Of a stretch of DNA of 64,000 nucleotides, positions 17,353 to 28,445 are shown one piece after another. Within the stretch, counting starts at the first letter, position 1. Each line of letters opens with the position of its first letter. Both the position numbers and the translations under genes were made by a program. The notes beneath the pieces were generated by a model, which did not search any database, was not told where the DNA came from, and saw only the letters and a program-made list of their open reading frames with translations. The DNA comes from an uncultured Thermoleophilia bacterium (GTDB taxonomy: Bacteria; Actinomycetota; Thermoleophilia; UBA2241): the NCBI GenBank assembly GCA_963834905.1, contig CAWIDR010000006.1:1388-65387 (forward strand), in the 5' to 3' direction.

Positions 17353-19957
17353 ATGGGTATGGCGGAGGACATGAGTACGACCGGTGCCTCCGGCGAAACG
17401 ACGCTCATCAGAGACATCAGTTTCTGCGGCGTCCCGGAGAACGGCTCCAACGCGTCGATGGTGGATGTCAAGGACGGCAAGATCATCCGCATCCGCCCGA
17501 TGCACTACGACTGGAAGTACAAGAAGGCGGATCTCAACCCCTGGAAGTTCGAGGTGCGTGGCAGCACGTTCGAGCCCAGCATGAAGACCCTGATCCCGCC
17601 GTACAGCATCGCCTACAAGAAGCGCGTCTACTCGCCCGCGCGCATCCGCTACCCGATGATGCGCGTCGACTTCGACCCCAACGGCGAGCGCAACGTGCAG
17701 AACCGCGGCGTGAGCAAGTACAAGCGCATCTCCTGGGACGAGGCGCTGGACGTCATCACCAGCGAGATGAACCGCATCAAGGAGAAGTACGGCCCGACCG
17801 CCCTGCTCTACCAGTGCGACCAGCACGGCGAGAACAAGGTCGTGCAGGCCTGCCACGGCGCCGGCCGCAAGCTGCTCCGCGAGTGGGGCGGCTTCACCCT
17901 GCAGATCCGCCAGCCCGACAGCTGGGAAGGCTGGTGGTGGGGCAACAAGCACTTCTGGGGCTGCGAGCCCGTCGGCCAGGGCCAGCAGAGCAACCTGCTC
18001 TGGGACATCTCCAAGAACTCCGAGCTGCTGCTGTTCTGGGGCTGCGACCAGGAGACCACCCCGTGGGGCTGGCAGGGCCAGCTCCCGAGCCGCCTGAGCT
18101 ACTGGTGGAGTGAGATCGGCATCAAGCAGATCTACGTCTGCCCCGACCTCAACTACGCCGCCGCCGTGCACGCCGACCGGTGGATCCCGGTGCTCCCCAA
18201 CACGGACGCCGCGCTCTACATCGGCGATCACGCACCGCTGGTTCAGCAAGGGCACCTACGACAAGGAGTACCTCGCCACCCACGCCGTGGGCGTCGACAA
18301 GTACGAGGCCTACGTCATGGGCGAAGAGGACGGCGTCGAGAAGTCGCCGGAGTGGGCAGCCCCCATCTGCGGCGTCCCCGCGCGCGTCATCAAGGCTCTC
18401 GCCGACGAGTGGGCCAGCAAGCGCACCACGGTCGTCATCGGCAACGGCGGCCCCGGCATCCGCGGCCCCTACGCCACCGAGCCGGCGCGCCTGCAGGGCA
18501 TCTGCCTCGCCATGCAGGGCCTCGGCAAGCCGGGCCAGAACCAGGCCAAGATGATCGAGTGGGGCCTGTTCGACAAGCCGGACCAGTACGCCCAGCCCAA
18601 GCCGCTGCGCGTGCCGTACCTGCGCAAGGCCTACACCGGCGGCCACCCGGACGAGAGCAACCACCCGTCCTTCATCCCCAAGACCTACATCCCCAAGGCC
18701 ATCCTCGAGGGTGAGTGCGACTGGTGGGGCTGCGAGTCCGAGACCGCCGACCGCGCCAACCAGTTCGAGCACTACAAGTACCCGGCCGACGGCTGCTCCA
18801 AGATCCACATGGTGTGGACCGACTCGCCGAGCTGGATCACCTGCTGGAACGCGGGCAACGACTACGTCAAGGCCATGCGCCACCCGGACATCGAGTTCAT
18901 GTTCGCGCAGCACCCGTGGCTCGAGAACGACTGCCTGATGGCCGACGTCATCCTCCCCGTGAACACCAAGCTCGAAGAGGACGACATCGCCGGCGACATC
19001 TTCAGCGGCCAGACCAACCTGCTCTTCCCCGAGCACAAGTGCATCGAGCCGCTCGGCGAGAGCTTCAGCGACTACGAGATCGTCGTCATGCTCGCCGAGC
19101 GCCTCGGCCTCAAGGAGGAGTACACCGGCGGCAAGACGATCCCCGAGCTCATCAAGTACGGCTACGAGACCTCGCGCTGCGAGGACCTCATCAGCTGGGA
19201 GGAGCTCAACGAGAAGGGCTACTACGCGGTCCCGACGGACGACGACTGGGAGGACATCCCGGCCGGCTTCTACAACTTCTACAAGGACCCGGAGAAGTAC
19301 CCGCTCACCACGCCGACGGGCAAGCTCGAGTTCGAGGCGTCCGGCCTCGTCGAGAACTTCCCCAACGACCTCGAGCGGCCGCCGGTGCCCAAGTGGGTCG
19401 CCCAGGGCGTCACGCACGAGGAGACCGTAGGCACGGAGCGCTCCAAGAAGTATCCGCTGCTCGTGTGCTCCAACCACCCGCGCTGGAGCGTCCACAGCCA
19501 GCACGACGACATCACCTGGCTCCGCGAGATCAAGACCTGCAAGATCACCGGTCCCGACGGCTACCAGTACCATCCGATCTGGCTGCACCCGTCCGAGGCG
19601 GAGAAGCGCGGCATCAAGGACGGTGACGTGGTCAGCATCTTCAACGACCGCGGCGTCGTGCTCGCCGGCGCGTACATCACCGAGCGCATCATGCCCGGCG
19701 TGATCTACATCGACCACGGCGCCAAGTGGGACCCGATCGTCCCCGGCGAGATCGACCGTGGCGGCGCCATCAACACCATCGTGCCCCGCGGCACCACCTC
19801 CAAGAACGCCGTCGGTCACGCCGTGAGCGGTTTCCTCGCCGACTGTGAGAAGACCGACATGGAAGAGCTGAAGGCCAAGTATCCGGAAGCGTTCGAGAAG
19901 CCGTTCCACCCCTGTGCTGGTCCCGGCTTGGAAGCCTGCATCTGGGGGAGGGCGTGA
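17353..19957 (+). CDS. Transhydroxylase (AthL)-like molybdopterin large subunit, divergent copy alpha3; single frame change near 18230
   Basis: MGMAEDMSTTGASGETTLIRDISFCGVPENGSNASMVDVKDGKIIRIRPMHYDW...RISWDEALDVITSEMNRIKEKYGP...PDSWEGWWWG...NTDAALYIG | ITHRWFSKGTYDKEYL...VILPVNTKLEEDD...C-terminal GDVVSIFNDRGVVLAGAYITERIMPGVIYIDHG. There is no Tat signal and no N-terminal Cys cluster. Confidence 0.8.
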
Positions 19958-20785
19958 TGGGCAAGGTCCTCGTCATCGATCTGAACATCTGCAACGGCTG
20001 CTACAACTGCCAGGTGGCCTGCAAGGACGAACACGTCGCCAACGACTGGTCGCCCATCGCCAAGCCGCAGCCCGACACCGGGCAGTTCTGGAACAAGGTC
20101 ACCGACCTCGAACGCGGCCAGGTGCCCAAGGTCAAGGTCACCTACATGCACAGCATCTGCCAGCACTGCGACGACGCGCCGTGCATCCCGGCCTGCAACG
20201 TCGAGGCGATCTACAAGCCGCGACGACGGGGCCGTGATCATCGACCCGGACAGTGCCGCGGCAACCAGCTGTGCCTGGAGGCGTGCCCGTACGAGGACGT
20301 CATCTACTTCAACGACTCGCTGAACATCGCCCAGAAGTGCACGTTCTGCGCGCACCTCCTGGACGACGGCTGGACCGAGCCGCGCTGCGTCGACGCCTGC
20401 CCGACCGGGGCGTTCACGGTTCGGCGACGAGGACGATCCCAAGATCAAGGAACTCATCGCCAAGGCCGAGCCGCTCAAGCCCGAGCTGGCCGTGAAGCCG
20501 CGCGTCTACTACATCGGGCTCCCCAAGCCGTTCATCGCCGGCGCCGTGTTCGAGCCGGAAGTGGACGAGTGCACGGAGGGCGCCAAGGTCACCGCCATGA
20601 AGATCGGCAACGGCAAGGTCTACGAGGCCGTCACCGACAGCTACGGCGACTTCTGGCTCAAGGACGTCGAGCCCGGCGAGTACACCGTGCTCGTCGAGAA
20701 GCAGGGCTACCTGCCGCAGAAGATGGGCCCCGTCGATGCCAACAAGGACATCAACGTCGGCGACATCGCGGTCTGGAAGGCCTGA
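19954..20785 (+). CDS. Fe-S (beta) subunit, BthL-like, copy beta3; three frame changes (about 20219, 20255, 20425)
   Basis: MMGKVLVIDLNICNGCYNCQVACKDEH...CQHCDDAPCIPACNVEAIYK | RDDGAVIIDPD | CRGNQLCLEACPYEDVIYFNDSLNIAQKCTFCAHLLDDGWTEPRCVDACPTGAFT | FGDEDDPKIKELIAKAEPLKPE...VFEPEVDECTEGAKVTAMKIGNGKVYEAVTDSYGDFWLKDVEPGEYTVLVEKQGYLPQKM. The start overlaps the alpha3 stop. Confidence 0.8.
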
Positions 20786-20801
20786 GCCAAGAGATCGGGG
20801 G

Positions 20802-20845
20802 GAAGGGCCCGGCTCCCGCAGGGGGGCCGGGCCCTTCTGTTTCTT
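20802..20845 (+). terminator. Rho-independent terminator after beta3
   Basis: gaagggcccggc - 12-nt loop - gccgggcccttc followed by tgtttctt. Confidence 0.75.
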
Positions 20846-20898
20846 GAGCGCCGGCGGCGGCCGGAAGGCGGTACCCGGCCCGGCCGCCGACCCTCGCA

Positions 20899-20927
20899 CT
20901 TGATTGCCCCGGAGGCAGGCTCTACAG
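20899..20927 (+). promoter_or_regulatory. Promoter candidate TTGATT-17 nt-TACAGT upstream of tatA
   Basis: Read directly from the sequence, about 70 nt upstream of the tatA ATG. Confidence 0.4.
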
Positions 20928-20997
20928 TGAGTAGTGCGACAGCGTCAACGGCTGCGCGCACGGCAGTCGGGCGCGTGGAGAGACGGGAGACTAGGAC

Positions 20998-21210
20998 ATG
21001 CCAAACCTCGGTGCACCAGAACTCATCATCATCGCTCTGGTGATCCTCTTGCTCTTCGGCGCGACTCGACTGCCGAAGCTCGGCAAGTCGATGGGCCAGA
21101 GCATCAAGGGGTTCAAGGACGGCCTCAACGACGCCTCCGAAGACGACGAGATCGTGGACGTCAAGCGCGACGCCACGGCGGAGCCCAAGGACGACGCCAA
21201 GGCCTCCTGA
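20998..21210 (+). CDS. tatA: Twin-arginine translocase subunit TatA/E
   Basis: Intact 70 aa: MPNLGAPELIIIALVILLLFGATRLPKLGKSMGQSIKGFKDGL followed by an acidic tail. Confidence 0.9.
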   Translation: MPNLGAPELIIIALVILLLFGATRLPKLGKSMGQSIKGFKDGLNDASEDDEIVDVKRDATAEPKDDAKAS

Positions 21211-21233
21211 GCGCCACCAGAGAACGAACGGCC

Positions 21234-21266
21234 GACGGCCCGCCGACTCGGCGGGCCGTCGTCGTT
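21234..21266 (+). terminator. Terminator hairpin after tatA
   Basis: gacggcccgcc gactc ggcgggccgtc followed by gtcgtt. Confidence 0.5.
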
Positions 21267-21310
21267 AACGAGCGCGACCGCGCCGCCTTGTCGAGCAGCG
21301 CGGTCGCGGG

Positions 21311-21348
21311 CCGCTGAGGCCGCGGGCGACCGCCCGCGGCCTCAGCGG
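21311..21348. terminator. 16-bp perfect inverted repeat overlapping the ispF stop (convergent tatA/ispF junction)
   Basis: ccgctgaggccgcggg cgaccg cccgcggcctcagcgg. Confidence 0.4.
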
Positions 21349-21806
21349 CTCAGCAGGCAGACGGCGTGGGCGGCGATGCCCTCCCCACGCCCCTCGAACC
21401 CCATGCCCTCGGTGGTCGTGGCCTTGACGCTCACGGCGTCGCTGGCGACGCCGAGGGCGGCGGCCAGGCGCTCGCGCATCTCCAGCCGGTAGCCGGAGAG
21501 ACGTGGCTTCTCGCAGACGATGGTCACGTCGGCGTTCTCGACCCTCCACCCGGCATTGGTGAGCCAGGCGATCACCCGCTCGAGGAGCGCCATGCTGGAG
21601 GCGCCCTCGAAGGCCGGGTCCGTGTCGGGGAACAGTTCGCCGATGTCGCCGAGGCCGGCGGCGCCGAGCAGGCCGTCCATCAGGGCGTGGACGGCCACAT
21701 CGGCGTCCGAGTGCCCGATCAGGCCCTGCGCGTGATCGATGTGCACCCCGCAAAGGACGAGGTCTCGCCCATCGGCGAAGCGATGCGCGTCGTAGCCGCC
21801 GCCGAC
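21342..21806 (-). CDS. ispF: 2-C-methyl-D-erythritol 2,4-cyclodiphosphate synthase; no start codon upstream of the conserved N-terminus
   Basis: The frame reads RVGGGYDAHRFADGRDLVLCGVHIDHAQGLIGHSDADVAVHALMDGLLGAAGLGDIGELFPDTDP.... The first ATG/GTG/TTG in this frame is the GTG at 21746. That lies after the metal-binding GxDxH segment. Confidence 0.85.
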   Translation of the reverse strand, partial: VGGGYDAHRFADGRDLVLCGVHIDHAQGLIGHSDADVAVHALMDGLLGAAGLGDIGELFPDTDPAFEGASSMALLERVIAWLTNAGWRVENADVTIVCEKPRLSGYRLEMRERLAAALGVASDAVSVKATTTEGMGFEGRGEGIAAHAVCLLSR

Positions 21807-21807
21807 C

Positions 21808-22524
21808 CTAAACGTCGGTCTCGACCTCCCAGGACAGGAGCGCGCCGGCCAGCGGCAGGTCCGCCGGCGTGGTGATCTTGACGTTGGCGGGCGTGGAGGG
21901 CACGAGGCCGACCGAGTAGCCGGCGCGCTCCAGCAGCATCGCGTCGTCGGTCGCGCCGTTCAGGTCGGTGCGCGCATACACGTCACGCAGGGCGTCCGCG
22001 CGGAACACCTGCGGCGTCTGCGCGGCCCAGAGACCGGCGCGGTCCACAGTACCCGACACCGCGCCGCTCTCACCCTCGCGCTTGAGCGTGTCGCTGACCT
22101 CGACCGCGGGCACCGCGCCGTGCGACTTGCCGAGCGCGGCGAGGCAGGCCTCGAAGACGTGCTTGGAGAACAGCGGCCTGGCGCCGTCGTGGACGGCGAT
22201 GACCGCCGCGCCGTCCGGCACCAGGACGAGGCCGGCGCGCACCGAGTCGGCGCGCGTGGCGCCGCCCTCGGCGACGAGCAGCGGCTTGGTGTCGTCGAAC
22301 GCCATGAGTTCGTTGGCGAAGCGCACCGTGTGCGACGGGTGCAGCACGACGACGATGCCGTCCACGCAGCTCATGTCGAGCAGGCGGTGCACCGAATGCG
22401 AGAGGATCGTCTCGCCGCCGAGCAGCAGGAACTGCTTGGACTCCCCATCGGGCAGCCCCATCCGCCGGCTGTCCCCGGCGGCGGCGACGATGACCCAGGT
22501 CTCCCCGGCTTGCTGATCCTCCAT
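21808..22524 (-). CDS. ispD: 2-C-methyl-D-erythritol 4-phosphate cytidylyltransferase
   Basis: Intact 238 aa: WVIVAAAGDSRRMG...SKQFLLLGGETIL...VHDGARPL...TPQVF. It ends with TAG. Confidence 0.9.
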   Translation of the reverse strand: MEDQQAGETWVIVAAAGDSRRMGLPDGESKQFLLLGGETILSHSVHRLLDMSCVDGIVVVLHPSHTVRFANELMAFDDTKPLLVAEGGATRADSVRAGLVLVPDGAAVIAVHDGARPLFSKHVFEACLAALGKSHGAVPAVEVSDTLKREGESGAVSGTVDRAGLWAAQTPQVFRADALRDVYARTDLNGATDDAMLLERAGYSVGLVPSTPANVKITTPADLPLAGALLSWEVETDV

Positions 22525-22540
22525 GTCGATCCCCTCCCAG

Positions 22541-23642
22541 TCAGTGTCCAGCCGGCGGCGGAGCGCTCACGCGGCTGAAGATCATCTTGCCCGAGGGGCT
22601 CTGCAGGACGCTGGTCACCTCGGCCTTGACGCGCGAGCCCACCAGGGAACTGCCGGCCTCGACGACGATCATGGTGCCGTCGTCGAGGTAGCCGACGCCC
22701 TGGTCCTGCTCGCGTCCTTCTCGCAGGATCTTGACTTCGATGACCTCGCCGGGCAGCACGGCCGGCTTGACCGAGTTGGCGAGGTCGTTGACGTTGAGCA
22801 GCTTGACGCCCTGGATCTCGGCGACCTTCTTGAGCGTGTAGTCGGTGCTGATGATCTGCGCGCCGCTGTCCCTGGCGTAGCGCACGAGCTTGGCGTCGAC
22901 GGCGTCGATGTCCGCGTAGTCGGTGCCGTCGATGGTCACCGCGCCCGAGCTGTTCTGCAGGCGCTTGACGAAGTCGAGGCCGCGGCGGCCGCGCACGCGC
23001 TTCTCCGCGTCGGCGGAGTCGGCGAGCTTCTGGAGCTCCTCGATGACGAAGCGCGGCACGAGGAGCTCACCCTCGACGAAGCCGGTGTCGATGATCTCCA
23101 GGATGCGCCCGTCGATGATGGCGCTGGTGTCGAGCAGCTTGGCCGGCGTGAGCCCCGGGATGACCTCGAACGCGCCGCGGACGCCGAGCAGGCGCAGGAT
23201 CTCGATGTGCTTCTTGGCCGCGAGGTAGGCGGTGAAGTAGCCGGCCAGCAGGTAGATCGGCACCGTGAGATAGGGACCGACGATGGGGATGCGGACGAGG
23301 GCGATGCTGATGAGCGTGGCGATGAAGAGGCCGACCACCACCCCGCCGATGCCGACGACGACCTCGGCGCCGCTCGCGCGCGCCATGACCTCGTCGACGC
23401 GGTCGAGACCGCGGCGCATGAGCCGCGAGAGGATGACGCCGAGCAGGTAGCCGAGCCCGAACCCCGCCAGCGTGAAGACGACCAGCCAGATGATCTTGCC
23501 GCCCTGGTCGAGCGTCGGCGCGAACGAAGACGCCCGGATGCGGTCGGCGAGTCTGGTACCCCGCGAGCGCCCCCAGCAGGGCGAGCACCGCGCGGATTGC
23601 CGGCTGCAGGACGCCGCGCGGTCTGCGCTGGCGGCCCGGCAC
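22541..23642 (-). CDS. PIN/TRAM-domain membrane protein (YacL-like); one frame change near 23560
   Basis: GTG at 23642: VPGRQRRPRGVLQPAIRAVLALLGALAGYQ | LADRI...IIWLVVFTLAGFGLGYLLG (TM helices). The PIN part reads LLDTSAIIDGRILEIIDTGFVEGELLVPRFVIEELQKLADS...ISTDYTLKKVAEIQGVKLLNVNDL. A C-terminal TRAM-like segment follows: GEVIEVKILREGREQDQGVGYLDDGTMIVVE. Confidence 0.75.
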
Positions 23643-23649
23643 GCCGGGA

Positions 23650-24186
23650 TCAGACGACGGGAGCGGGCTCTCGGGAGTCGTCGGCAAGAGCGGGTCCGTC
23701 CACGTGGATGTCCTCGAGCACGGTCTCCAGGAACGCGTTCGCCTCGTCCTCGTCGAAGTCGCGCGCGTACATGAGCTCGCTGGCGAGGATCTTCTTGGCC
23801 TTGGAGAACATCTGCTTCTCGCCCGTCGACAGTCCCTTGTCGGCGTGCCGGATGGCCAGATTGCGGACCACTTCGGCGACCTCGAAGATGTCGCCGGTCT
23901 TGAGCTTGTCGCGGTTGTGCTTGTAGCGACGGCTCCAGTTCTTGGGCATCTTGGTGGGGTCGCCGCGCAAGACCTCGAGGACCCTTTCGACAACGTCGGA
24001 CTCGATGACCTTGCGCAGGCCGGCGCGGTCGGCGTTCTCGACGGGGACCATGACGGTCATGTCGTTGTGAAGGATCTGGATGGTGAGGTAGTCGCGCTGC
24101 TGGCCGAGCACTTCCTTCTGCTCGATCTTCATGATCTTGCCAGCGCCGTGGTGCGGATAGACCACCTTGTCTCCGACTGAATACAT
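23650..24186 (-). CDS. carD: CarD-family RNA-polymerase-binding transcriptional regulator
   Basis: MYSVGDKVVYPHHGAGKIMKIEQKEVLGQQRDYLTIQILHNDMTVMVPVENA.... The ATG overlaps the radA stop (TGATG). Confidence 0.9.
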   Translation of the reverse strand: MYSVGDKVVYPHHGAGKIMKIEQKEVLGQQRDYLTIQILHNDMTVMVPVENADRAGLRKVIESDVVERVLEVLRGDPTKMPKNWSRRYKHNRDKLKTGDIFEVAEVVRNLAIRHADKGLSTGEKQMFSKAKKILASELMYARDFDEDEANAFLETVLEDIHVDGPALADDSREPAPVV

Positions 24187-25604
24187 CAAACCCCCCACTC
24201 GTCGTTCGTAGCCCCGGAGGCCGGCCTGTCCGCGCCCTCGTGCAGGAGGGCGGCGAACGCCCCACGCAGATCGGTCGCGCCTGCGGCACGACCGCCGGTC
24301 CCGCGTGCATCGGCGGCTGGAACGACTATGCGGTCGAAGCCGGCACGACCGGCTTCGGCGACGCGTCGTTCGCTCTGGCTGCAGGATCGAAGTCCGCCCG
24401 TCAGGCTGATCTCCCCGAACACCGCCGCCCCGGCGGGAAGCGGTTGGTCGCGCTGCGCTGAGGCGACAGCGAGTGCGACTGCGAGGTCCGCCGCAGGCTC
24501 GTCGATGCGAATTCCGCCTGCAATTGTAACAAAAATGTCGGAACTAGACAACTTCAGCCCTGCATGCCTCCCAAGGACCGCCACGAGCATCGCCAGGCGG
24601 TTGCGGTCGAAGCCGACGGCGACCCTGCGCGGCATCGCCAGTTCGGTCTGGTTGACCAGCGCCTGCACCTCGACGAGAAAGCAGCGCGTGCCCTCGACGG
24701 CGACGTGCACGGCGGAGCCCGGAGCCGGCGCCGCCTCGCTCAGGAAGAGGGCCGAGGGGTCGGGCACCGTCTTGAGGCCCGACCCGGTCATCTCGAAGAT
24801 GCCGAGCTCGTTGGTGGAGCCGAACCGGTTCTTGGCGGCGCGCAGCGTGCGGTAGAACCGGTAGCGGTCGCCCTCGAACTGGAGCACCGTGTCGACCATG
24901 TGCTCCAGCACCCGGGGGCCGGCGATCGCGCCCTCCTTGGTCACGTGGCCGACGAGGAAGACGGCCGCGCCGGTGTCCTTGGCCAGGCGCAGGAAGCGGC
25001 CCGCCGCTTCGCGCACCTGGCTCACGCTGCCCGGCGCCGAGGTGAACGAGTCGCTGTAGAGCGTCTGCACCGAGTCGACGACGACGAGCGCCGGCCGCGC
25101 GGCGGCGACCGTCTCGAGGACGGTCTCGAGCTCCGTCTCGGCGAAGACGTCGATGTTGGCGGGGCCCTTGCAGATGCGCTCGGCGCGCATCTTGACCTGC
25201 GCCGCCGACTCCTCGCCGCACACGAGCAGCGCCGGCCGGCCGGCGGCGACGTTGTCGAGCACCTGCAGGAGCAGCGTGGACTTGCCGATGCCGGGCTCGC
25301 CGCCGACCAGCACGAGCGAGCCCGGGACGATGCCGCCGCCGAGCACGCGGTCGAGCTCGTCGATGCCGCTCGAGAACCGCTCGGCGGCCGACGAGACGAC
25401 CTCGGACAGACGGACGGGGCCGGCGGCACTGCTGCCACCGGCCCCGTTCCCGGTCTTCGCGCCGCGGCCACGCCCCTTGGGCGCCGCCGCGACCACTTCT
25501 TCGACGAACGAGTCCCAAGCGCCGCAGTCCGGGCAGTGGCCGAGCCACTTGGCCTCCCGACGGCCGCACTCGCCGCAGGTGAAGACGGTCTGCGTCTTCG
25601 CCAC
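24186..25604 (-). CDS. radA: DNA repair protein RadA/Sms
   Basis: GTG at 25604. Zinc finger (VFTCGECGRREAKWLGHCPDCGAWDSF), Walker A (GGEPGIGKSTLLLQ), KNRFG and a Lon-like C-terminal domain are present. It is the last 473 aa of the 1160-aa run-on ORF. Confidence 0.9.
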   Translation of the reverse strand: MAKTQTVFTCGECGRREAKWLGHCPDCGAWDSFVEEVVAAAPKGRGRGAKTGNGAGGSSAAGPVRLSEVVSSAAERFSSGIDELDRVLGGGIVPGSLVLVGGEPGIGKSTLLLQVLDNVAAGRPALLVCGEESAAQVKMRAERICKGPANIDVFAETELETVLETVAAARPALVVVDSVQTLYSDSFTSAPGSVSQVREAAGRFLRLAKDTGAAVFLVGHVTKEGAIAGPRVLEHMVDTVLQFEGDRYRFYRTLRAAKNRFGSTNELGIFEMTGSGLKTVPDPSALFLSEAAPAPGSAVHVAVEGTRCFLVEVQALVNQTELAMPRRVAVGFDRNRLAMLVAVLGRHAGLKLSSSDIFVTIAGGIRIDEPAADLAVALAVASAQRDQPLPAGAAVFGEISLTGGLRSCSQSERRVAEAGRAGFDRIVVPAADARGTGGRAAGATDLRGAFAALLHEGADRPASGATNDEWGV

Positions 25605-25648
25605 GGTCAGCGGCCCTTGCCGCGGTCGCCGGTCGCCGTCACGACCCC

Positions 25649-28219
<2,571 letters not shown>

Positions 28220-28445
28220 GCGGCCACTCCTTCACGATACGGGAGCCGCTCGGTTCGTCGGGGGGACAGAGGCGGCTTCCGGTGTGCTTGCTCTCAGTCT
28301 CCGGGATACCCACTCTCGCCCCGCCGGAGACACGACTTGGGTCTATGGTACCCGATTCCCCGGGCGACGCGACCCGTGGGAGCTTGCCCCTCCCGGTATC
28401 ATGTGGGTTTTGGGGCACAGCCGTTCGACGAGAGGAGACTCGCGC

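Noticed and set aside
17353-17460. Tat export of the molybdoenzymes, suggested by the adjacent tatA
   Set aside because: None of the three alpha N-termini has an S/T-R-R-x-F-L-K motif followed by a hydrophobic stretch. The RR in alpha1 (VRRYTSNTNGG) is followed by polar residues. tatA proximity is probably coincidental.
28220-28445. ClgR- or CtsR-type operator in the clpC/mmpL divergent region
   Set aside because: I could not find a convincing palindrome matching what I remember of those operators. The region has only short, imperfect repeats.
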